Assembly (NCBI GenBank): GCA_964016885.1
Contig: OZ024740.1
Location: 33,914,001 to 33,978,000, forward strand
Source: Eledone cirrhosa
Lineage: Eukaryota
Reading direction: 5' to 3'
DNA: 64,000 bases
The position numbers were made by a program, and so were the translations under genes. The notes beneath the pieces are model-generated. The model did not search any database, was not told the DNA's origin, and saw only the letters and a list, made by a program, of their open reading frames with translations. This document shows, in pieces, positions 15,001-28,089 of this stretch; within the stretch, counting starts at the first letter, position 1; each line of letters begins with the position of its first letter.

Positions 15001-18000
15001 CCATCAACCATCTTTACTGCTATCTTCCAACTCTCTCTTACCGTCAACCATCTTTACTGCTATCTTCCAACTCTCTCTTACCAATAACCATCTTTACTGC
15101 TATCTTCTAACTCTCTCTTACCATCAACCATCTTTACTGCTATCTTCCAACTCTCTCTTACCAATAACCATCTTTACTGCCATCTTCCAACTCTCTCTTA
15201 CCATCAACCATCTTTTCTGCTATCTTCCAACTCTCTCTCTTACCATCAACCATCTTTACTGCTATCTTCCAACTCTCTCTTACCATCAACCATCTTTACT
15301 GCTATCTTCTAACTCTCTCTTACCATCAACCATCTTTACTGCTATTTTCCAACTCTCTCTTACCATCAACCATCTTTACTGCTATTTTCCAACTCTCTCT
15401 TACCAATAACCATCTTTACTGCTATCTTCCAACTCTCTCTTACCATCAACCATCTTTACTGCTATCTTCCAACTCTCTCTTACCATCAACCATCTTTACT
15501 GCTATCTTCCAACTCTCTCTTACCATCAAACATCTTTACTGCTATCTTCTAACTCTCTCTTACCAATAACCATCTTTACTGCTATCTTCCAACTCTCTCT
15601 TACCATCAACCATCTTTACTGCTATCTTCCAACTCTCTCTTACCATCAACCATCTTTACTGCTATCTTCCAACTCTCTCTTACCATCAACCATCTTTACT
15701 GCTAACTTCCAACTCTCTCTTACCATCAACCATCTTTACTGCTACCTTCCAACTCTCTCTTACCATCAAACATCTTTACTGCTATCTTCTAACTCTCTCT
15801 TACCAATAACCATCTTTATTGCTATCTTCTAACTCTCTCTTACCAATAACCATCTTTATTGCTATCTTCTAACTCTCTCTTACCAATAACCATCTTTACT
15901 GCTATCTTCCAACTCTCTCTTACCATCAACCATCTTTACTGCTATCTTCCAACTCTCTCTTACCATCAAACATCTTTACTGCTATCTTCTAACTCTCTCT
16001 TACCATCAACCATCTTTACTGCTACCTTCCAACTCTCTCTTACCATCAAACATCTTTACTGCTATCTTCTAACTCTCTCTTACCAATAACCATCTTTATT
16101 GCTATCTTCTAACTCTCTCTTACCAATAACCATCTTTATTGCTATCTTCTAACTCTCTCTTACCAATAACCATCTTTACTGCTATCTTCCAACTCTCTCT
16201 TACCATCAACCATCTTTACTGCTATCTTCCAACTCTCTCTTACCATCAAACATCTTTACTGCTATCTTCTAACTCTCTCTTACCATCAAACATCTTTACT
16301 GCTATCTTCCAACTCTCTCTTACCAATAACCATCTTTACTGCTATCTTCCAACTCTCTCTTACCATCAACCATCTTTACTGATATCTTCCAACTCTCTCT
16401 TACCATCAACCATCTTTACTGCTATCTTCCAACTCTCTCTTAACATCAAACATCTTTACTGCTATCTTCCAACTCTCTCTTACCATCAACCATCTTTACT
16501 GCTATCTTCTAACTCTCTCTTACCAATAACCATCTTTACTGCCATCTTCCAACTCTCTCTTACCATCAACCATCTTTTCTGCTATCTTCCAACTCTCTCT
16601 CTTACCATCAACCATCTTTACTGCTATCTTCCAACTCTCTCTTACCATCAACCATCTTTACTGCTATCTTCTAACTCTCTCTTACCATCAACCATCTTTA
16701 CTGCTATCTTCCAACTCTCTCTCTTACCATCAACCATCTTTACTGCTATCTTCTAACTCTCTCTTACCAATAACCATCTTTACTGCCATCTTCCAACTCT
16801 CTCTTACCATCAACCATCTTTTCTGCTATCTTCCAACTCTCTCTTACCATCAACCATCTTTACTGCCATCTTCCAACTCTCTCTTACCATCAACCATCTT
16901 TTCTGCTATCTTCCAACTCTCTCTCTTACCATCAACCATCTTTACTGCTATCTTCCAACTCTCTCTTACCATCAACCATCTTTACTGCTATCTTCTAACT
17001 CTCTCTTACCATCAACCATCTTTACTGCTATCTTCCAACTCTCTCTCTTACCATCAACCATCTTTACTGCTATCTTCCAACTCTCTCTTACCGTCAACCA
17101 TCTTTACTGCTATCTTCCAACTCTCTCTTACCAATAACCATCTTTACTGCTATCTTCTAACTCTCTCTTACCATCAACCATCTTTACTGCTATCTTCCAA
17201 CTCTCTCTTACCAATAACCATCTTTACTGCCATCTTCCAACTCTCTCTTACCATCAACCATCTTTTCTGCTATCTTCCAACTCTCTCTCTTACCATCAAC
17301 CATCTTTACTGCTATCTTCCAACTCTCTCTTACCATCAACCATCTTTACTGCTATCTTCTAACTCTCTCTTACCATCAACCATCTTTACTGCTATTTTCC
17401 AACTCTCTCTTACCATCAACCATCTTTACTGCTATTTTCCAACTCTCTCTTACCAATAACCATCTTTACTGCTATCTTCCAACTCTCTCTTACCATCAAC
17501 CATCTTTACTGCTATCTTCCAACTCTCTCTTACCATCAACCATCTTTACTGCTATCTTCCAACTCTCTCTTACCATCAAACATCTTTACTGCTATCTTCT
17601 AACTCTCTCTTACCAATAACCATCTTTACTGCTATCTTCCAACTCTCTCTTACCATCAACCATCTTTACTGCTATCTTCCAACTCTCTCTTACCATCAAC
17701 CATCTTTACTGCTATCTTCCAACTCTCTCTTACCATCAACCATCTTTACTGCTAACTTCCAACTCTCTCTTACCATCAACCATCTTTACTGCTACCTTCC
17801 AACTCTCTCTTACCATCAAACATCTTTACTGCTATCTTCTAACTCTCTCTTACCAATAACCATCTTTATTGCTATCTTCTAACTCTCTCTTACCAATAAC
17901 CATCTTTATTGCTATCTTCTAACTCTCTCTTACCAATAACCATCTTTACTGCTATCTTCCAACTCTCTCTTACCATCAACCATCTTTACTGCTATCTTCT

Positions 18001-21000
18001 AACTCTCTCTTACCAATAACCATCTTTACTGCCATCTTCCAACTCTCTCTTACCATCAACCATCTTTTCTGCTATCTTCCAACTCTCTCTCTTACCATCA
18101 ACCATCTTTACTGATATCTTCCAACTCTCTCTTACCATCAACCATCTTTACTGCTATCTTCCAACTCTCTCTTACCATCAAACATCTTTACTGCTATCTT
18201 CCAACTCTCTCTTACCATCAACCATCTTTACTGCTATCTTCTAACTCTCTCTTACCAATAACCATCTTTACTGCCATCTTCCAACTCTCTCTTACCATCA
18301 ACCATCTTTTCTGCTATCTTCCAACTCTCTCTTACCATCAACCATCTTTACTGCCATCTTCCAACTCTCTCTTACCATCAACCATCTTTTCTGCTATCTT
18401 CCAACTCTCTCTCTTACCATCAACCATCTTTACTGCTATCTTCCAACTCTCTCTTACCATCAACCATCTTTACTGCTATCTTCTAACTCTCTCTTACCAT
18501 CAACCATCTTTACTGCTATCTTCCAACTCTCTCTCTTACCATCAACCATCTTTACTGCTATCTTCCAACTCTCTCTTACCGTCAACCATCTTTACTGCTA
18601 TCTTCCAACTCTCTCTTACCAATAACCATCTTTACTGCTATCTTCTAACTCTCTCTTACCATCAACCATCTTTACTGCTATCTTCCAACTCTCTCTTACC
18701 AATAACCATCTTTACTGCCATCTTCCAACTCTCTCTTACCATCAACCATCTTTTCTGCTATCTTCCAACTCTCTCTCTTACCATCAACCATCTTTACTGC
18801 TATCTTCCAACTCTCTCTTACCATCAACCATCTTTACTGCTATCTTCTAACTCTCTCTTACCATCAACCATCTTTACTGCTATTTTCCAACTCTCTCTTA
18901 CCATCAACCATCTTTACTGCTATTTTCCAACTCTCTCTTACCAATAACCATCTTTACTGCTATCTTCCAACTCTCTCTTACCATCAACCATCTTTACTGC
19001 TATCTTCCAACTCTCTCTTACCATCAACCATCTTTACTGCTATCTTCCAACTCTCTCTTACCATCAAACATCTTTACTGCTATCTTCTAACTCTCTCTTA
19101 CCAATAACCATCTTTACTGCTATCTTCCAACTCTCTCTTACCATCAACCATCTTTACTGCTATCTTCCAACTCTCTCTTACCATCAACCATCTTTACTGC
19201 TATCTTCCAACTCTCTCTTACCATCAACCATCTTTACTGCTAACTTCCAACTCTCTCTTACCATCAACCATCTTTACTGCTACCTTCCAACTCTCTCTTA
19301 CCATCAAACATCTTTACTGCTATCTTCTAACTCTCTCTTACCAATAACCATCTTTATTGCTATCTTCTAACTCTCTCTTACCAATAACCATCTTTATTGC
19401 TATCTTCTAACTCTCTCTTACCAATAACCATCTTTACTGCTATCTTCCAACTCTCTCTTACCATCAACCATCTTTACTGCTATCTTCCAACTCTCTCTTA
19501 CCATCAAACATCTTTACTGCTATCTTCTAACTCTCTCTTACCATCAACCATCTTTACTGCTACCTTCCAACTCTCTCTTACCATCAAACATCTTTACTGC
19601 TATCTTCTAACTCTCTCTTACCAATAACCATCTTTATTGCTATCTTCTAACTCTCTCTTACCAATAACCATCTTTATTGCTATCTTCTAACTCTCTCTTA
19701 CCAATAACCATCTTTACTGCTATCTTCCAACTCTCTCTTACCATCAACCATCTTTACTGCTATCTTCCAACTCTCTCTTACCATCAAACATCTTTACTGC
19801 TATCTTCTAACTCTCTCTTACCATCAAACATCTTTACTGCTATCTTCCAACTCTCTCTTACCAATAACCATCTTTACTGCTATCTTCCAACTCTCTCTTA
19901 CCATCAACCATCTTTACTGATATCTTCCAACTCTCTCTTACCATCAACCATCTTTACTGCTATCTTCCAACTCTCTCTTAACATCAAACATCTTTACTGC
20001 TATCTTCCAACTCTCTCTTACCATCAACCATCTTTACTGCTATCTTCTAACTCTCTCTTACCAATAACCATCTTTACTGCCATCTTCCAACTCTCTCTTA
20101 CCATCAACCATCTTTTCTGCTATCTTCCAACTCTCTCTCTTACCATCAACCATCTTTACTGCTATCTTCCAACTCTCTCTTACCATCAACCATCTTTACT
20201 GCTATCTTCTAACTCTCTCTTACCATCAACCATCTTTACTGCTATCTTCCAACTCTCTCTCTTACCATCAACCATCTTTACTGCTATCTTCCAACTCTCT
20301 CTTACCATCAACCATCTTTTCTGCTATCTTCTAACTCTCTCTTACCATCAAACATCTTTACTGCTATCTTCCAACTCTCTCTTACCAATAACCATCTTTA
20401 CTGCTATCTTCCAACTCTCTCTTACCATCAACCATCTTTACTGATATCTTCCAACTCTCTCTTACCATCAACCATCTTTACTGCTATCTTCCAACTCTCT
20501 CTTACCATCAAACATCTTTACTGCTATCTTCCAACTCTCTCTTACCATCAACCATCTTTACTGCTATCTTCTAACTCTCTCTTACCAATAACCATCTTTA
20601 CTGCCATCTTCCAACTCTCTCTTACCATCAACCATCTTTACTGCTATCTTCTAACTCTCTCTTACCATCAACCATCTTTACTGCTATCTTCCAACTCTCT
20701 CTCTTACCATCAACCATCTTTACTGCTATCTTCCAACTCTCTCTTACCGTCAACCATCTTTACTGCTATCTTCCAACTCTCTCTTACCAATAACCATCTT
20801 TACTGCTATCTTCTAACTCTCTCTTACCATCAACCATCTTTACTGCTATCTTCCAACTCTCTCTTACCAATAACCATCTTTACTGCCATCTTCCAACTCT
20901 CTCTTACCATCAACCATCTTTTCTGCTATCTTCCAACTCTCTCTCTTACCATCAACCATCTTTACTGCTATCTTCCAACTCTCTCTTACCATCAACCATC

Positions 21001-23022
21001 TTTACTGCTATCTTCTAACTCTCTCTTACCATCAACCATCTTTACTGCTATTTTCCAACTCTCTCTTACCATCAACCATCTTTACTGCTATTTTCCAACT
21101 CTCTCTTACCAATAACCATCTTTACTGCTATCTTCCAACTCTCTCTTACCATCAACCATCTTTACTGCTATCTTCCAACTCTCTCTTACCATCAACCATC
21201 TTTACTGCTATCTTCCAACTCTCTCTTACCATCAAACATCTTTACTGCTATCTTCTAACTCTCTCTTACCAATAACCATCTTTACTGCTATCTTCCAACT
21301 CTCTCTTACCATCAACCATCTTTACTGCTATCTTCCAACTCTCTCTTACCATCAACCATCTTTACTGCTATCTTCCAACTCTCTCTTACCATCAACCATC
21401 TTTACTGCTAACTTCCAACTCTCTCTTACCATCAACCATCTTTACTGCTACCTTCCAACTCTCTCTTACCATCAAACATCTTTACTGCTATCTTCTAACT
21501 CTCTCTTACCAATAACCATCTTTATTGCTATCTTCTAACTCTCTCTTACCAATAACCATCTTTATTGCTATCTTCTAACTCTCTCTTACCAATAACCATC
21601 TTTACTGCTATCTTCCAACTCTCTCTTACCATCAACCATCTTTACTGCTATCTTCCAACTCTCTCTTACCATCAAACATCTTTACTGCTATCTTCTAACT
21701 CTCTCTTACCATCAAACATCTTTACTGCTATCTTCCAACTCTCTCTTACCAATAACCATCTTTACTGCTATCTTCCAACTCTCTCTTACCATCAACCATC
21801 TTTACTGATATCTTCCAACTCTCTCTTACCATCAACCATCTTTACTGCTATCTTCCAACTCTCTCTTACCATCAAACATCTTTACTGCTATCTTCCAACT
21901 CTCTCTTACCATCAACCATCTTTACTGCTATCTTCCAACTCTCTCTTACCATCAACCATCTTTACTGCTATCTTCCAACTCTCTCTTACCATCAACCATC
22001 TTTACTGCTATCTTCCAACTCTCTCTTACCATCAACCATCTTTACTGCTATCTTCCAACTCTCTCTTACCATCAACCATCTTTACTGCTACCTTCCAACT
22101 CTCTCTTACCATCAACCATCTTTACTGCTATCTTCTAACTCTCTCTTACCATCAACCATCTTTACTGCTATCTTCCAACTCTCAACCATCTTTACTGCTA
22201 TCTTCTAACTCTCTCTTACCATCAACCATCTTTACTGCTATCTTCTAACTCTCTCTTATCCTTCAAACATCTTTACTGCTACCTTCCAACTCTCTCTTAC
22301 CATCAACCATCTTTACTGCTATCTTCCAACTCTCTCTTACCATCAACCATCTTTACTGCTATCTTCTAACTCTCTCTTACCATCAACCATCTTTACTGCT
22401 ATCTTCTAACTCTCTCTTATCCTTCAAACATCTTTACTGCTATCTTCTAACTCTCTCTTACCATCAACCATCTTTACTGCTATCTTCTAACTCTCTCTTA
22501 CCATCAACCATCTTTACTGCTATCTTCCAACTCTCTCTTACCATCAACCATCTTTACTGCTATCTTCCAACTCTCTCTTACCAATAACCATCTTTACTGC
22601 TATCTTCCAACTCTCTCTTACCATCAACCATCTTTACTGCTATCTTCCAACTCTCTCTCTTACCAATAACCATCTTTACTGCTATCTTCTAACTCTCTCT
22701 TACCATCAACCATCTTTACTGCTATCTTCCAACTCTCTCTCTTACCATCAACCATCTTTACTGCTATCTTCTAACTCTCTCTTACCATCAACCATCTTTA
22801 CTGCTACCTTCCAACTCTCTCTTACCATCAACCATCTTTACTGCTATCTTCCAACTCTCTCTTACCAATAACCATCTTTACTGCTATCTTCCAACTCTCT
22901 CTTACCATCAACCATCTTTACTGCTATCTTCCAACTCTCTCTTACCATCAACCATCTTTACTGCTATCTTCCAACTCTCTCTTACCATCAACCATCTTTA
23001 TTGCTATCTTCTAACTCTCTCT
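1..23022. repeat. 40-bp tandem satellite array (about 575 monomers in window; runs off the left edge)
   Basis: Monomer ACCATCTTTACTGCTATCTTCCAACTCTCTCTTACCATCA is repeated head-to-tail, with recurrent point variants and +2 (CT) length variants. A final degenerate monomer extends to ~23045. Confidence 0.99.
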
Positions 23023-23645
23023 AATGATCAAACATTCTTTTTCTGAAATCCTGTTAGTAACAAGTCCTGATACCAGAAACATTTTGGGGAGTTGAAAGAG
23101 GAATAATCTGACTTGATGAAGTTCAATAGAAAGTCTAAGAATAGAGTGAAATCAAAAGAACTTGATAAATTGTCTATTAGAAACACATGACAATGTTGTT
23201 ATGGACACAAAACAAATGAGTGAAAATGTGACACGGGAGAAGGAATAATGTCATCATTATCATTGTTTTTATGTTTACTTTTACATGCTGGTATGGGTTG
23301 GACAAGATTTTTTTGCCACCTATGGTCAGATGGCAATCCAAACTTATTTTCAAGTTACCTTTTTCCATTATTTTCATCCAACAAACTGCTGAGGACATTT
23401 TGTTTATGCAGGACATGAATATCACAAATTATTTTTAAGCAGTGAAGATATCCAAAGACAAACACATAAACAACAGCCTTCTACAGATTTCTACCAAATT
23501 CTACCCATAAAGCACTGGTCAAGACAAAGCTACAGAAGACACTTGTCCATTAATTATAATGAAAAGATATATTTATAATAAATTGTTAAAATGAAGATTA
23601 AAATATTCATATCTTTTACTATGTTAAGTTCAATTTACCACTTAC

Positions 23646-23792
23646 TTGTTTGCCTGCATCATGTTGCTTCAATTCCATTAAAACATGGCCTGCAGTTTCC
23701 AGAGCTTTCAGATTATCAGGCTCCCTTTCAATAGCTCGTAAACAGAATTTATGAGCAAGCTCAAACTGGAACTGGTCAATACATTTTTCAGC
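23646..23792 (-). CDS. Internal coding exon of a TPR protein, Acl4-like (probable assembly chaperone of Rpl4)
   Basis: 147 bp, phase 0/0, flanked by tatag| and |gtaagt. Translates AEKCIDQFQFELAHKFCLRAIEREPDNLKALETAGHVLMELKQHDAGKQ, a TPR pattern I recall from the N-terminal TPR of animal Acl4-like proteins (family call from memory). Confidence 0.85.
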
Positions 23793-23915
23793 CTATAATT
23801 TACCAAAATAATTATCATAGAATTAATTTATAAATGATGTATGCACAATTGAATGAAAACATTAATTAAATTACATAGTGAAACTTTTCTATAGTTATTA
23901 TAGCCTCTATAGTTA

Positions 23916-24112
23916 TGAGGGTTGACTGGAAAGTTCATAGGCTGACCAAGAAACTCTCATGGAATGACCAAATGAGGTTTATTTTTCAATATAGTCCCAG
24001 GAAAGAAACAATATAATTATTAATAACGAGAGTTGAAATTAATGCTTGAAAGGTTTCACAGCTTTAGCATCACTTCTTCATAGCCAGCCTCTGAACTTTC
24101 AGCTGACCCTCA
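23916..24112. mobile_element. Tc1/mariner-type MITE
   Basis: TA flanks at both ends, with imperfect TIRs tgagggttgactggaaagttcataggctg / cagcctctgaactttcagctgaccctca. Confidence 0.7.
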
Positions 24113-24178
24113 TATTCTTAACTCTTTCTCTCCCATTTCCTACTCTCTCTTACCATCAACCATCATTATTGTTTCTCT

Positions 24179-24360
24179 CGGTGGATTGGCAGTATCGGTA
24201 GAGTCGGACACCATGCTTTGAAGCATAGAGTTACGTCCCTTTATGATCTGAGTTCAAATCCCGCCGAGGTTAACTTTGCCTTTCATCCTTACGTAGTCAA
24301 TAAAATAAAGTACCAGTAATGTACTGGGTATTTGCTGGCCTTGTGCCTTAAATAGAAACA
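24179..24360 (+). mobile_element. tRNA-derived SINE (family A)
   Basis: A-box-like TGGCAGTATCGG, B-box GAGTTCAAATCC, central domain GCCTTTCATCCTTACG..TAAAATAAAGTACC, tail CCTTGTGCC..AGAAACA. 14-bp TSD ATTATTGTTTCTCT (24165-24178 / 24361-24374). Confidence 0.9.
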
Positions 24361-25289
24361 ATTATTGTTTCTCTTCCACTCTATGTTCACATCAAGCCTG
24401 TTACTCATTCTTTCAGCACCCTCCTATTCCATCCCCCACCACACCTCCATTTCTATTCTGCAGGCTGAATGGAATAATAATGGGTAACAGCTGGAAGTTT
24501 TCAGTAATATCATCCAACAGTAATAAACCAATCATAGATGATGGTTTCAAGATATTTTCACCAAATATCGAAGTAAATTATTGAAGCCTTATAAACATAC
24601 AACTAATTACAGCCCTATAAACATACTACTAACTAACTATAACCATCACTCAGTATTAAGGATAGCTTGATAACTAATGCTTGTACTAATGGTTTTTAGG
24701 TGTCCATGCAATCTGTGAGATAAGGACACCTTCACAATTCTCGTACCTTTGATCAGATAAAGGCACTCTCAACTCTCATATCCTTGATCCAGTGGAACAT
24801 CAAAGATGTCACAACTAGGAGAGAGAGAGAGAGGCGAGGGGGTTTAAAAACAACACTAGGCTGGTAATTTCTTTCATTAAAAACTTATACAAAGTAGACT
24901 GTAGCAGGTTTGGAACACAAAGTGCTGATCTGGAACAAGTATTAGAATGTCTTTTTCTTCAACGACCTGACGACATGTCAAATCTCATACGTTCCATTTT
25001 TGGCATGGTTTCTACAGTTTGATATCCTTCCTAATACCAAGAATTTTATCTATCCAACACAAATTAAAATGTCTCATTTAAAAAAAAATCATCTTCCAAA
25101 CAATTTGATTAGCTGCACCCAGTCAATAGGTTAAATTTAGATAGATTGTTTTATGTCTGTCTTTAGTCTATGAAACACTGTCATAGCAGTTATTTAAGAA
25201 CATTGAAAACAATGATTAATGCTGATTTATCCAATTCTATTGATGATTAATCCTAAATAAACTTTAGACATTCATATATTTTCATGTAT

Positions 25290-25500
25290 ACTGTAAAGTG
25301 GTCACGACAAAAAGCATCCAGCCATACTGTAAAGTGGTCACGACAAAAAGCATCCAGCCCACACTATAAATGAGGTTGGCGTTTGGAAGGGTATCCAGGC
25401 GTAGAAACCTAGCCAGAAACAGTTCTATATGAGCAAGACATAGTAACCTGACCCAACTTGCCTCTAATAGGACAACCTGTCTAACCCACGAGAACAATAC
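25290..25500 (+). mobile_element. RTE-derived non-autonomous element fragment
   Basis: ggttggcgtttggaagggtatccag matches the 5' region of the RTE at ~63830 (opposite strand). Contains an internal ~37-bp tandem duplication. Confidence 0.55.
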
Positions 25501-25669
25501 TTTAACATAAGTATCAGGGACCAGTTACAGTCGGTTTGAACAGAAAGGGCTGAGAGAATTCTGGCCAAATACAGCCAGTTTAAATGCTACAGGGTTGAAT
25601 TTTTAAAACTTTTTAAAAACTTTTATCTTAATGATTCTATCACATTATGCCACTGGCTTTACAAATATT

Positions 25670-25847
25670 TGTCTCTACTTTAGGCACAAGGCCAGCAATT
25701 ACCCAGTGCATTACTGGTACTTTATTTTATCGACCCCGTAAGGATGAAAGGCAAAGTCAACCTCGGCGGGATTTGAACTCAGATCGTAAAGGGACGTAAC
25801 TATGCTGGAAAGCATGGCGTCCGACCCTCTACTGATACTGCCAATCC
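25670..25847 (-). mobile_element. SINE family A copy
   Basis: Reverse complement of the 24179-24360 element. Confidence 0.9.
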
Positions 25848-25919
25848 ATACAAACATTGATTACAAAGTATTAATCAGGACAGTCAATTCAATTTCTTGG
25901 TCTGATAATAATAGATTAC

Positions 25920-26014
25920 CTGAGAAAGAAGTTGTTCCACATCACATTTGCTTTTCTCTTTTGATCCAACTGCAGTAACATTTCCAACTTGTCCAAACGG
26001 CAGAGTATTACCCA
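25920..26014 (-). CDS. Upstream coding exon of the same TPR/Acl4-like gene
   Basis: 95 bp with acceptor ttcctttttgtag| and donor CAG|gtaat. Encodes xGNTLPFGQVGNVTAVGSKEKSKCDVEQLLSQ and joins in frame to the 23646-23792 exon (VEQLLSQ-AEKCID). The start exon was not found. Confidence 0.8.
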
Positions 26015-27506
26015 CTACAAAAAGGAAATATAATTGAATTAAAACAAAATAACAATTTAAATAAGGCAGAAAATATTTCATATGCATGTAATTTTAATTT
26101 TTTTTTTAATAGGTAAGATTGATTGATTTGGAAATGGGGGGTTAGCTTGATTAAAATGTATGGAAGGGAGGGATTTGGTTGATTAAATTGTATGATAGGG
26201 AAAGTGACAGGACTTCATAAAAAAAGTGATGCTGAGAATAGCTACTATGACTTGGAGATGGGGGTGCTATGATAGTGAGGATACTAAAGAAGTGATAGTG
26301 TGAGGCAGGTATGTGAGGCACATGAATGGGGTCAGGTCAAGTTTAGCTATGGGGTAATAGTGGGAAGTGGGCTGGCTGATACAGTGGCTGGGTTAGATCA
26401 AGTTTTAGGTGATAGGGCTTTACCAGTCCTGCTAGTCTTTACTACCAAATCCCAAGTCTTCCTGGGTTTGCCTCTTCAAGTCCCACAGAGATTTCTTTAC
26501 GCCTCTCTATACATGCCCATATCAACTGTTCTTTCTTGCACACTACATCCAATTCCCCATGCCAAGTTTTTCTCTCTCTTCACTTATACCACACTGTTCT
26601 AGTGTTGCCAATTTAGCATTTTTAATGCTAGATCTAGCATTTTTCTAAGCATTTAGTAAGGAAAATAACCTTTTGCAGTATAACGAAATTTTTTTCAATC
26701 TCTGAGGTAATAAACAAATGCTCGATTTGTTTCAGTTGATCTCATTATAAATTATTTTTCGTTATAACCGAATTTCACTGTAATATAAAGAGATGATACT
26801 AAATGTAAACTAGTAATACCATTCCTGGCATTTCAGGAGCTTCTACTAACTTATAACCCCAGTGAATGAAATATGAACTATTTTCAAAATATATTTAAAC
26901 TTGTAAATAAATGAACATATTACATATGTTCCTGATGTTTAACTCCAAGTCAGCCTCAAATAAGACATATCATAACAGGCTTTCAAGGCATGACAATCCT
27001 CTCTATTATCAAAGTATATTAAGGACCAGATTGTCCAATGTGTTCTTTCTGTTTTAAAACAAATTGTCTGACTTGAGACAATTTAACTTGCTATTTCTAG
27101 CAGGTCAAATAACTCAGATACTCCATAGCTACTGTATCTGTGTATCTGCTACCCCTTTATGGATACCCCACAACTACCATATGTGATTTTATTTCCCACC
27201 CTTTAAGGATACACCAAAATTGATATACCTGTGTGTTTTTATCTCCTACCCCTTGTGAATAATCCACAACTGCCATAACTGTGTTTATCTCCCAGCACTT
27301 TGTGGATAATCCCTGTTGCTCCACTCCATAACCCAGGGTGTTGATTAATGTCACTTGTGTACCGCCACACGAAATAGGTGGAAGAAAGAAACATTCCAAC
27401 TGTGATATTTTCTACACTTCTTTTTTGTATCAGGCCAGAAATACCTATTGAAAAGTCCATTTCAGTATGTCACATACGATTATATAATTAATAATTGAGT
27501 AAATAA

Positions 27507-27850
27507 TTGTTTCTACTTTTGGCACAAAGCCAGCAATTATCCCAGTGTATTACTGCTACTTTATTTTATCGACCCCGTAAGGATGAAAGGCAAAGTTAAC
27601 CTCGGCGGGATTTGAACTCAGACCATAAAGGGCCGTAACTCTTTGCTGCAAAGCATGGCGTCAGACCCTCGATTTCTAATTTAGACACAAGGCTAGCAAC
27701 TTGGAAGTGGAAAGTCGATTATACCGACCTCAGTACATGACTGGTACTTTATTTTATCGAGCCAGGAAGGGATTTGAACTCAGAATGTAAAAGGACATAA
27801 CTAAATACTACAAAGCAATTTGTCTAAAGCTCTACCGATTCTGCCAATCC
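27507..27850 (-). mobile_element. Two adjacent SINE copies (family A plus a related older subfamily)
   Basis: Two B-box/central-domain units in tandem, flanked by near-identical attgagtaaataat / attaagtaaataat. Confidence 0.8.
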
Positions 27851-28089
27851 TTTATTAAGTAAATAATGACACGAGGGAGTTTTAGAAGTAATCATGACAA
27901 AGACAAATGTTTTAGTCACAATTAGATTTTAGATGTTATCAACATAATAGTAATATACATCATGGAACACGTATTTCTGCGAAATTTCATTAAAAGATAT
28001 GAAGAAAGTTATGTAGTCATGTTTCGATTAACTAAATACAGGTCGTTAGTATCAAAATATTTAATTACAAGAAATGACACCCTAATGAA

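Noticed and set aside
4410-22248. Eleven ORFs (MLSSNSLLP...) in the satellite
   Set aside because: These are translations of a stop-poor 40-bp repeat cycling through three frames, mostly with TTG starts. There is no coding evidence.
1-23022. CRISPR array or telomere
   Set aside because: No unique spacers, no cas genes and no TTAGGG-type unit; the context is eukaryotic.
24179-24270. tRNA genes at SINE heads
   Set aside because: A and B boxes only, followed by SINE body and TSD; no complete cloverleaf.
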